Assembly: GCA_009103225.1 (NCBI GenBank)
Contig: RHPI01002990.1
Location: forward strand, 109,034-173,033
Source of the DNA: Chlorokybus atmophyticus
Lineage: Eukaryota > Plantae > Mesostigma and Chlorokybus algae
Direction: 5' to 3'
Length of the DNA stretch: 64,000 bases
The number at the start of each line of letters is the position of its first letter. The first letter of the stretch is position 1. Under the pieces are notes generated by a model that ran no database searches, was not told the DNA's origin, and saw only the letters and a program-made list of their open reading frames with translations. Shown here one piece after another: positions 23,273 through 34,843 of the stretch. The translations under genes were made by a program, and so were the position numbers.

Positions 23273-26200
23273 TGTAACAATCGAGGCCAAGTTTCATGAC
23301 GTTAAGACCTTTTTTTGCCCATTTATTGAACACCACGTTTTCATGACTTGTGACGGATATCAGCAAGTTGTGAGTCTGGCGCAGGTATCGACCGGCCCCC
23401 AGACTAGTCTAAAAGACGCCAGAAAACGGAGGGCCAGTCGAGAAGGACTCGACCAGATTTCTGGAAGGGCCTGGCGCCAAATAGTACAACTTTGCCATGT
23501 GGGCATCTTTTGAGGAGATCCTTGGTGCGTAGGAAAGGTCTAAAAGTGTACTACAAAGGTTTTACAAGAATATCTTTTGATTTCGTCTAGCTCGAGAAAC
23601 GTCTACACAGTAGCATGTGCAGAGTGGTAGGTATAAAAGCGACAAGCAACATTCTACCATGTGCAATACAACCTTTAGCTCCCTAGTTTCTTGTGTGCAA
23701 GCTTGGTGGTGGTTAGCAGGGGTTGCTAGCGTGTGTCCACGGTGTGTGCTTGCTTATGTGACGATCCAAGGCGCTACACAAGACGGTGTGTAGCTTCGAG
23801 CGCATGCGCGTGCGTACGCGAGTGGCGAGCGCGCGTGTGTGCTTGGCAGAGGGGGCGAGGTTCCGGTGTGAATACCGTGTTTTGGTGAGAGGGTTGTGGA
23901 TTGGACCAACTCACAGGTGACAAGGCTCGAGCACCGTCACAGCTGGTATCGGAGCTCGGTTGACGAAGGTGAGAGAGGAAGTGTGTGGGCGTTTACACTT
24001 TTCATTCGGAAGCAGAATGTAGTGTGTTACTGGAGATGGAGGATGCTCGCGTGGAAGAGCTTCAAGCTGCCATCTTAGCATTCAGGGAAGAGCTTCATCA
24101 CACTCAAGCGGCGGCACAAGCACAGCGCGAAGCGTATGAGCATGCGATGGCGCGTGTACAAGTTCCCATGGCATCAAGCTCGCGCGAGCATGTGAAGGTG
24201 CCAAAGCCCAAGCCATTCAAGGGTCAACGTGATGGAGATGCAGTAGACCAATGGAATTTGCAAGCATCGTCTTGATTAAAGCTCACGGAGGTGCCCATGT
24301 ATCTGCACGTGGAGGTTGCAGCGACATTGCTAGAAGGTGCAGCACTTGTATAGTGGAGATATTGTTACGCGTGTTGCAAGTGGGTTGGCGCTACAATTGA
24401 CCACCATAGAAGAGTTGGCTCTGGAGATCAGGCATCAGTTTGTTCCCGTGGAGAGTATACATGCCGAACGCGATGAAATTGCAGCCCTTGTGCAAGCGGG
24501 GTCGGTGACGGCGTACACGGCTACGTTTCAGCGGTTGGTGATGTCCATACCCAACATGACCGAGGAAGAGTAGTTGGACAGGTACACACGTGGTTTAAAA
24601 CGTTTGGGACGCAAAGAAGTGGAGCTACGGGACCCTAAAACTTTGGCGGAAGCTATATACGCATCGCGGAGCGTCTCGACGCGTTATACTTCAAGTCTCC
24701 TGCAACAAACGCTGACTGGAGGCGTGGGAGCAAGCAAGAGCGGGGTGATCAGCCTAGGGGAAGCTTTCAACATGCATGGACACGAAGGGAACCAAGTTCA
24801 CAACTTGCGAAAGAAGGTGGAGCTGATTTTGGACCATCACCAATGGAGGTGGGTGCCATACACACGCGTAATGGCGTGGCAAAGCACGGTGGACGTGGTG
24901 AGGCAGGTGGTGGCGTGCAAATGTGACATGTGCGGTTCGACCGAACATTTGGCGTTCAACTGCTTGAAGCGGCGCACGCAAACGTCCGCATGCAGCTGGC
25001 AACACATATCGCGCGCGATGCATCAACGCAATGGAGGAAGATGACGTGGAGGATCAGAGAAACAACTCCCCCAGTAGGTAAGGAGGCTACTGCTGAGGAC
25101 GAGGGGGAGCCTCACGCACAAACGAAGAGTGTGTCATCGCAATTGAGGAAAAATTGGAGGTGGCTATGAACACGCCCATGGTGGTAAGTTATGCAAGTGA
25201 GGAGGCAACAAAGTACGTTGGGCTTCTAGCACGCATTTGCGATGACCGAGGACAATGGAGGGCGTGTAACCTTATGGTTGATAGTGGAGCAAACAGCAAC
25301 TTCATAAGTGAGGAGGTTGCACGGCGCTATGGTTGGCTTTTACTATTACAAGGAGGAGAAGTGAAACTCGCTGATGGGGAACCACCCTCTTAAGGTACCG
25401 GTGCTGCGTTTACAACCAAGGAGTTTTGTGTTCACATGGGGAAGTTGAAGGAGAATATGCGTTTCTGCTGCATCACCCTACGGAACGTGTTTGATGGAAT
25501 GTGGGGACTTCCGTGGCTGTGGCAATATAACCCATCTATCGATTAGAGAAAGCGTGTACTCACCATCAAGGGAAACGATGAAGAGTCCATTCAAGGTCTA
25601 CGCGCATGCTCCTTCGAAGTGGACGACCACTCTTGCGAGGCAAGCAAGAAGGACTTTGTCATAGCTGCGTTGGACGTCGCTAAGGCAAGTATGCGCACGT
25701 CTGTTGAGCACCTGCAGGGGGGATACAAGCACCGGAAAGGCACGTCACGCGCAATCCGGTGGGATTAGCATTGCTCAAGCTCCCTATGTGCAATTGAGGA
25801 GGCTGCTATTCCCACAAAATGCGAAGGCTGCATGGTTGTGCGTGGTGCGTTAGAGCACATTAAAGTTTACACCGAAGCTGAGTGACTGCACTGAGACTGC
25901 TATGATGGACCCCGAGGTGTGCAAACTTGTCAAGGGTTACGAAGATATCATGGTGGACGCTCCAGCTGGTCTGCCACCCTAACGCAGCGTTGATCACCGT
26001 GTGGAGTTGATTGAGGGCGTGCACAAGCCACCCTACAGGCCTGTATATAAGTTGACACCTCTGGAGTTGAAGGAGGCCGAGAAGCAGATAGCGGATCTTC
26101 TAAAGAGAGGTTACATCCAGCCAAGTTAGTCCCCTGTGACCACCCTACTCAAGAAAGGGAAGTCTTAGAGCTGGTCTACAAAGGAAGAGCATGCATTTGT

Positions 26201-28921
26201 TGCGTTAAAGAAGGCGTTGACGGAGGCACCCGTCTTGGCTCACCCCGACATGGACAAACCCTTCATTTTAACTTGTGACGCATCCGACACAGCTGTGGGA
26301 GCTGTGTTACAGCAAGACCAAGGCATGGGTCTTGCTGTAACACAGCTCCCACCTGTAGCGATCTTTAGTCAAAAAATGAGTGGAGCTGAGCTGAACTACC
26401 CTGTGCACGCGAAGGAGCTATTGGCGCAAATAATGGCGCTGCGACAATGGCGATGCTTTCTTGAAGGCAAAAGGTTCGGCTGGAGGCGGACCATTCCCCA
26501 TTGAGGTACTTACAGGCACAACCATATCTGAGCCGGAGATAAGCCCGGCGGTTGGAGTCCTTTCTACTTTTTAATTTTGAGATCAAGTACAAGACCCGGT
26601 ACGTCTCATAGTGTGGCCGACGCGCTAAGCCGGTTGAATGCGATTAAAGCACTCGCTCAAGTGCGACCGGAGTAGGCCGACCAGATCCGACAAGTGCTTT
26701 GCGACACAAAAGGTAGGAGAGTCTTGCGGGACATGGAGAGCACAGCAACTGACACAAGTGGACATTGGGCAAAGCAAGACGGCCTACTATGGCATGATGG
26801 CCGCTTGTACATCCCCAATGTTGCACATGTACGCGTTCAACTTTTGAAAGAAGCTCATGACGTACCCATTGCTGGCCATCAAGGAGTGGAGAGGACGTTG
26901 GTAAGCTTGAGCAACGCTTTTATTGGCGGGAGATGCATTGTGATGTACGCGACTATGTGGCGTCGTGCGACGCATGTCAAAGGGTGAAAGCAAGCAACCA
27001 AAAGCCAGGTGGGTTGCTGCAACCTCTTTCCGTGCCATTGTCCAAGTGGGAACATGTTACTATGGACTTTATGACGGGGCTGAAGACAGCAGAAGGGTAT
27101 GATGCAATACTCGTGGTTGTAGACAAAATCAGCAAAATGGTACGCTTGGCACCGTGTTGTGAGTCTTGCACGGCACCAGAGGCAGCAAGCTTGTTTATGA
27201 AGCATGTCTTTCGTTCCCACGGACTCTACCACAAAGCAGCGTAAGCGATCGTGTCCCCTTCTTTACACGAAAGTTTCGGGAGGCGCTGCATATTGCATCG
27301 TGTATTACCTTAAAGTTTAGCATGGCTTTCCACCCGCAAGTTGATGGCCAAACGGAGCGAGCCAACCGTGTGATTGAAGATATGTTGCGTTGCTACGTGA
27401 ATGCACGGCAAGACAATTGCGCGGAGTTGCTGGAAGTGGTGGAATTTGCCATCAACAACCACATCAGTGCAAGCACGGGTGTCACCCCCTTTTTCATAGA
27501 CTACAACCAACACCCGCTGACGGCGTGGACCCCGCGATGCAGTGATGTTAATGTGGAAGCAGTAAGCGATTTTCCTACAACGTGTGTGGAAATTAACAAG
27601 GCAGCGAGAGAGGCGCTATTGGTGGCACAAGATAAACAAAAACAGTATGCGCATCGCCGACACGTCACATTTCGACCTGGCGACACGGTATTGCTTTTTG
27701 CGAGGAACTTACAGGTGTGTGCTGGAGTTCGCAAGTTAATTGAGCGCTAGCTTGGGCCATTTTAAGTCATCAAAGTGATTTTGGACATGGCGTACAAGTT
27801 GCAATTGCCCGACTCTATGCACATCCACGGTGTCTTTCACATATCCCTGCTGAAATCATATCGAGGAGACCCACCATTGCGTCCACCGCCTGAGTTGGCT
27901 ACGGAAGGTCATATGGAGCATGAAGTGGAGGACATATTGGGTGAGAAGATGGCGCAACGTGCGCAGATATATTTGGAGAAGTGGAAAGGCTAACCGGTGC
28001 ATGAAGCCACTTGGGAACCGGAGGAGCACTTAGCCAATGCACAACATATCCTGCAACAGTATTTGCAACAACGATCAGAGAATCCTCGAGAGCTTCGAGG
28101 ACGAAGCTCACCTAGGGGGGAGTGCAACAGTTGAGGCCAAGTTTTATGACTTTATGACCTTTTTTGGCCCATTTATCGAGCAACGACGACCAGAGCATCC
28201 TCGAGAGCTTCGGGGACGAAGCTCACCTAGGGGGGAGTGCAACAGTCGAGGCCAAGTTTCATGATTTTAAGACCTTTGTGGGCCCATTCATGTAACCCTA
28301 ATCCTGGTGAGGCACCACGTTTTTGTGACTTGTGGCAGATATCGGCGAGTTATGAGTCTGCCGCGGATATCAACCGGGGCCCCAGGACCAGTCCGGAAGG
28401 TGCCAGAAAACGGAGGGCCAGTCGAAAAGGGCTCGACCAGACTTCTAGAAGGACCTGGCGCCAAGTAGTATAACTTGACCATATGAGCACCTGATCAGGA
28501 GATTTTGGTGCGTAAGAAAGGTCTAGAAGTACAACAAGGTTCTGCAATAACATCTTAGCATCTGGTTTTGTGTAGCACGGGAATCGTCTACACAGTCGCA
28601 TGTGCAGACTGGTAGGTATAAATGCGACATTCTACCATGTGCAATACAACCTTTAGCTCCCTAGTTTTTTGGGTACAAGCCTGGTGGTGGTTAGCAGGGG
28701 TTGCTAGCGTGTGTCTACTGGTGTGTGCTTGCTTGTATGACAATCCAAGGCGTTACACAAGTCGGTGTGTAGCTTCGAGCACGTGCGTGTGCGTACGCGA
28801 GTGGCGGGGCGCGCGTGTGTGCTTGGCAAAGGGGGCAAGGTTCCGGTGTGAATACCGTGCCTTGGTGAGAGGGTTATCGATTGGACCAACTCACAGGTGA
28901 CAAGGCACGAGCACCGTTACA
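23273..28921 (+). mobile_element. Family A chromovirus copy 3; apparently full-length but chimeric, RT-deleted and defective
   Basis: 5' LTR 23273-23941, PBS 23944-23955, gag 23985-25080 with stops, pol remnants, 3' LTR 28238-28921; no matching TSD (CGCAT vs GCGTT). Confidence 0.92.
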
Positions 28922-29792
28922 GCGTTGCACCGACCAGGAGTTCGTATGTGTGAGACCAAGTTTGGTTTCTTGAAGCATGAACACACCTTCCCCCTTGAGG
29001 AGGAGTGCCCTCAACCTCAAGAAGACGACATCCTTGCATGATGGACCCGCGGAGGTGTGGTTGCTTCCTAATCCCCGAATAGTTCACGACTACGTATGGA
29101 TGTCCAGAGAGAGGGAGGGGAGCTTCATTTCTAGCCAAGCACTACCCCCCAAGAGTATGGCTCACCGGGAATGTCTTGATTGTGCTGGAAAAGCCATGCG
29201 TCAGCTGAGGGCGCTGCGGGAGTGGTGGCCATGTTAGCTGCTCTCTCCACCCGCTAAATAACATCCACCGTCGCTTGATGGAGAAGTGTACGTGGGCCTC
29301 CTCTCACCCCAGCGATGAGAGCGGTGTTCAGCCACAGTATGTCAGCAGTGTCGGCCACATTTACGGGGGTGACTGCCTCCTCTTCCGAACTGAACAGATT
29401 CCAACTACGGACATAAATTGCCACCAGAATTCGTGCCGTGTGTAAAGCTAAGCGCGTCCAAGCTTTGCATGTCAGATGGATTGTCTGGCTCAAGGTCAAG
29501 GGAGCGGACTGTAAGTTCTTCAGCAATTTGTGTTGAGGGGGGACTCCGCACCAGAGTCACCATTGGTATTTGTAAGTGAAAGGAGGAGCTGCGAGACGCG
29601 CCCAACCACCATGTGCCTTGTCTCCAACAATAGAGCATAGCTACAAGACGGGTGTGCTGGGGAGGACTCCTCACCACCTGTTGAAGAGGGGGGAGTCGTT
29701 GGGGTGAGAGCAAGACGTTGTGCGCGAGGGAGGCGTGCACGGGGAGAGGAGGGGGTAGTGTGGGATTGCTGTGGGGAGGGAGAGCTCATGTG
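25398..29792 (+). repeat. Duplicated block A copy 2 (copy 1 at 4007-8378), including the LINE flank
   Basis: Same element end followed by the same flank GCGTTGCACC in both copies. Confidence 0.95.
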
Positions 29793-29817
29793 ATACAATC
29801 TGAAGTAAGAGTAAGCA

Positions 29818-29849
<32 letters not shown>

Positions 29850-32800
29850 TATGATTAATAACATTTAATTCATGCAAGTTGGTTGCCATGCGGCCTTAAG
29901 CAGCAGCAGGGTTGTTGCAATGGGTAGATAATAGGTCAAGCAGCGGCATGCCATCCACTTGAAGATGGTGCCGAGCTTCAGCAATACTGATGGTATAGTC
30001 CGCAACTGGCTGACCATGACGATGATGATGGCTCAAGTGCCGTCAACAAGTTCAGAATTTTCATGTGCGCATCTGATGGAAAAAATCGTGATACCTCATG
30101 TCTAATGACAATACAAATGCATGCCGAGTTGTGAACAATACCGCGCTATTGACATCAAACTATGACTTTTTATAAGCGATTAATATGATGGATTACATTA
30201 TATAGTTGGCCAAGCTAAGAGATGATACGGCAATTAAAAACGTGTGTGTATTGATGCAAATTGCCTCAACAAGTCAATGACAAATTGCGAGGAAACGGTT
30301 TTTATACTCAGTACACCCTTTGTGTTATTGCCCATGGGTGGGGGCTTGGAAAACTATAAACCTCATCAAAACCTCCACATGTAATTGCCTTCTGCTCACA
30401 TGGCCTAGCGCTAGGCCATGTGCTGATGGAAAATGCTTAATGTTGGAGTTTGACATGGTGGAGGAAGGTCCTTTCTTAAATGCTACATTAGAAATAAATC
30501 TTTGTTCAAGGGTCATTGTCCTCACCTCCTAATGGTGCTAGCATGGAGCTGTGACGGAAGAGAAGGCGAGAATTGAAGCTACACCAAGCCTTGAAGGGAA
30601 TAATGCACAACATTTAAGAACTCAGCAATGCAAAGTTTCGCATTTGCAATCCAAGTTTGACAATTGTTGAATTTACTTTAACGTTTTCACTAAGTTAGCA
30701 AAGCCATATCAGCTTCTTATGCTTCAAAGTTAACCACTTGAGTTGCTTGAAAAGCCCTACGTATGACGCAAGTGCTGCATAAATGTCACGATTTTATTGG
30801 TAGTATACTTCAAGTGTGTTGAAAGGATGGGAGAAAAGCTGTTCTTTATGAACGAGCAATGGGTTGAAAGATTCACAACACTTACCAGTGCGTACGTGCG
30901 CAGGTGTAAAAACTATATGGCAGCATGAGCTTAAAATTATTTAGAGTCGTCCTCAATTGTCCACCCCAAGTGCACAATCAACAAAAAAACAACAACAACA
31001 TTATATATATATATATACATATGAGGCTGACGCTTAGTATTCTTGTAAACCGATATAAGCAACAAATGTGCAAGATTGTAAGTCAATTGACTCAGTACAT
31101 GAATGCAATTGCAATTTGGTAAGCATTGATCCAAAATACTCAATATAGTATCAGTCCGTATAGTATAATATACACTTATGCATACGGTTATGCAAGGTCA
31201 TTTGCAGCATTTGTATAGCCTAATTAAAATAATTAAACTGTTAAAAATATTGCAGCATTGAGTGTTCCAATAGTCAGAAGCGCGTCGTATTGCTCACATT
31301 GAGTGGGAAGAACATAAGTTCTACTCGGTCGCTTACAAGCTCCTTGTCATTCAGCGTCTTGAATTGTTATGAAAAATTAGGCATATTTATCAAACCGTAA
31401 CATCCGTCACAAAGCTAGTTCTAAGGTGTATGCACTTTATAGAAAGTAAACCAATAGGTTGACCGATGGTGCTGATGATTATTAGGTCAATAATTACGGG
31501 GTTATGTGCTGGTGAAGTTGCAAGTGTTGTGAGTGATATAAGGTACCAGCGACTGTCCATGGTGACATAATGCGTGAGAGTTCTGATCGCACTATGGCAA
31601 ATATGTTGGCAGAAACTAGTTTGTAATGTGGGACCAACCTGCTGTGATGTCACTTACAAAAAGGTGGTTTGAACCCAAGTGCCTACCATGAGGAAAGCAG
31701 CTAAGAGAAAGAGACGTGAGGTTTCATTCCAGTGAAGCCTTGGACGAATTGATCATAAGCTCTCCTTGGCCCACTTCACTGTCATGATTCGAGCATTTCC
31801 AATTGTAAGTAGGGACCAATCCAAGATGGTAACAATGTGATTGAATTAAGTGATGAGTCATCATTCGGTTGTGAGGACGGTGCTGGAGGTGTTTAGAACA
31901 ATGCATCAGGTAAAACTCATTACCACATTTGTGCGGGCGCGCTCCTCCAAGCATAGCTCATGTGTGCAAGCTGACCAGCACGGTTGTTGCAAGCTTTCAT
32001 GGTGCGGAATTGTTAGAAGGAGCGAAGGATTCCCCGAAAGATTGGGCTTTGGTATAATTATAAGGGCGCAAAATTATATTGCATTATACGTTGATCAAAA
32101 GTGAATCAATTAGTGAGCATTAGGGCTGAGTAGTTATCAATTAATTTGATGCTGTTAGTGGAAACATAAAATTCCCTTGCGATCATTGGAGTCCGCGGCC
32201 ATAAGTGAGAGCGTTTGAGTCGAGAAATTTTCGGGAAGTCATACAAGTCCCAAGTTCTTAGCTTCCGCTTGTACGCATACTGTCGGGTCGAGGGGAGTCA
32301 AGGGTCACACTGTCTCGGGCCGCTACAAGAAGAGACATGCTGGCTAGCCCTGTCGCTGCAACATGTTATAACATGTTGCAACAGTAAAAGATAACTCAGC
32401 TCGTATGACGAGGAGTGCTTGGTGGAGCTGTTCCGCTGCCGCTGGGTCACATGGACATGCGGAGGCGGTGTCCTCCTTAGTGTACATGCTGTGCTGTAGG
32501 ACACATAGTCAACAAGCCACTACTATAGGTAGTGCTCTTTACACAGTTCTTTGCATGAGCGGAACATGTGTCACACTGTTAAGTGAGGTGAATGAGCAAG
32601 CAACACGTGGATACTATGCTCTGACGGATGCCAACAAACACACTGTAACCAGGCACACCAAGCTCACAGTGATGACGAGCATGATGCACACACCAGCATG
32701 CACATGCTCTCACACAGTGAGGGGGTTCTTGGTAATCGGGATGGCGTGTTCGCAGTTCAAGTCGTTTCACAAGCTCTTAGCTTTCTCACTCACAGTGTCA

Positions 32801-32929
32801 CCAGCTGATCCGGTGAACACTATGACTACTTATACAAGTCAAGTCATGACTGACTGAGAACATAAGCTAACGGTCATATCGAGGCTATTTCCACAGCGAT
32901 TGTCACTCGATATAGAACACAACTTATAA
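29791..32929 (+). repeat. Duplicated block B copy 2
   Basis: Joins block A at a 2-bp TG microhomology (29791-29792). Confidence 0.95.
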
Positions 32930-33428
32930 GTGAACTCACAACTGAGCAGCTACGCGCGATGCCTATGTAGGCTATGTTCGTGAGCTACTCTGAAGTCATG
33001 GCCTAGCTACTAGGCCGCGACGCGCGCGCGCTGGTATGCTGGTAGGCCGGGCGATGGTTTTGATGTAGCCATGCTCGATGAAGGCTGGTATGCATGGGCA
33101 GTAGACATGACAGCTGTCGGGTCGAGGGGAGTCGACGGTCACACTGTCTCGGGCCGCTACAGGAAGAGACATGCTTGCTAGCCCTGTCGCTGCAACATGT
33201 TATAACATGTAGCAACAGTAAAAGATAACCCAGCTCATATGGCGAGGAGTGCTTGGTGGAGCTGTTCCGCTGCCGATGAGTCACACGGACATGTGGAGGC
33301 GGTGTCCTCCTTAATGTACATGCTGTGCTGTAGGACACATAGTCAACAAGCCACCCCCCCTGAGCTTCTGGGGAGGTTCCAGCTCCAGAGCTCAGCTATT
33401 AACGCAGGTGAGGAGGACCGTTGGTGCG

Positions 33429-33563
33429 GCAATCGTCGCACCAGTACTCCTCCATGGGTATTGCGTCCAATGGGGGCTCCATCCAGTAGCAATGCAGGCC
33501 CTTGTTGCACACATCGCAGAGCATCATGAGTGCGTCGTCGCCGGCACTGCCTCAGCGCTCACA
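33429..33563 (-). pseudogene. PHD finger at the integrase C-terminus (two Cys lost)
   Basis: CER*GSAGDDALMMLCDVCNKGLHCYWMEPPLDAIPMEEYWCDDC fits C4HC3 spacing, with the 2nd Cys codon now TGA and the Cys after His now TGG. Confidence 0.85.
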
Positions 33564-34337
33564 ACGTGTGCTACGGGCGGGGCGAGGGTGCTGAATGCGC
33601 GCGAAGCCCGCTATGTAAGGGAGGTGACATGGCACGCAGTTCACCATGTTGTCTTTCAACCTCTCGCCATTCTGACCAAGGAGGTCCAGCACTCCTGTGG
33701 GGTACACCTTGAGTACCTTGTAGACGGTGTGGCCCACGGAGGTGTCGAGCGTGTCCTTGGTGGCCGCCATGCAATAGGCAAAGTCCCCTGCTTAAAATTG
33801 CCGTTGGCGCTCCTTGTAGAAGCCGCTCCGCAAGCGCTCGTAGCGCAGGGTGTCGCGGTGCTGTGCGATGCGCAGGATGTTGAAGGCCATCAGGACGGTG
33901 TGCTCGAACAGCGTGGCGCGTGTGGTAATGTCGTCGTGCATCCAGGCGGGATCGTCGAGGTTGTTTACACGGTCTACTTCCTGCTGTGCACGAAAAGGAA
34001 GCAACGGCGGACGTCCAAACAGCAGGGCTGTACTCGCGCAGAGCCGCCTGCTTTGACAATCGGTAACCCAGAGCCACCCATGGAAGGTGGTCGTCCCAGG
34101 TGTTCTTCTCATACTCCAGCACGTACTTGCGGAGTGCCTTTTTTATAGTCTGTACTGTCCGCTCGGCGAGACGGTCGGCTTGAGGGTGGTCAAGCAAAGT
34201 ACGGCGATGATCGATGTAGCATCTGTTCAGCAGGGTGTCGAACTCCCCTCTGAACTTAGTGCCCTGGTCGGTGATGACCTCAGCGCAGCTGCCGAACAGG
34301 CTGAGGACATGGGAGAGGAAGGCTTGAGACCCCCCCC

Positions 34338-34389
<52 letters not shown>

Positions 34390-34835
34390 NACCAGGATGT
34401 AGCGGTTGCCCTGTGCCGAGGGTGCCAAGTCTCCCAAGATGTCGAGTCCCCAGCGATAGAACAGCCCAGAGCTGGGGAGAGGGTGCAAGGTGGCGCTGTG
34501 TGTGTTGAGGCTGGCGCGTATCATGTCACACTGCTGGCAGCGACTGACGAACCCCTGCACCTGTTTGGACAGTCTATACCACCAATATTGCGCCCTTACC
34601 AGGCTAACGGTACGCTTGACACTGAAGTGTCCAAGCTCATTGTGGAGGGCAGCAATGATGCCCTCGCGTGTGGCTGGTGTTGGCACCTCTTTGTCCTCGT
34701 CCTGGACGTGGCGGTACACCTTGTCATCCGCCCACCGATAGTGGCGGGTGCGCTGACTGACACAATCTTTCTCTCGTGCACTCATATTGGAGGGAAGCTG
34801 GCCACTTTGAAGGAAGAAGAGTAATGGCTTGTCCA
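33564..34835 (-). pseudogene. Integrase of the DNMT-Ty3 element
   Basis: LHNELGHF, CQQCD, RWGLDILG, VITDQGTKF, HPQADRLAERTVQTIK; interrupted by a poly-C/N artefact at ~34330-34390. Confidence 0.92.
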
Positions 34836-34843
34836 GCCGTATG

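Noticed and set aside
32281-33353. TRIM element (LTR-short internal-LTR)
   Set aside because: No PBS or PPT inside the spacer in either orientation.
34325-34390. Poly-Gly insert in the integrase
   Set aside because: Poly-C run ending in N replaces the expected VxIDxFSK segment; probably an artefact.
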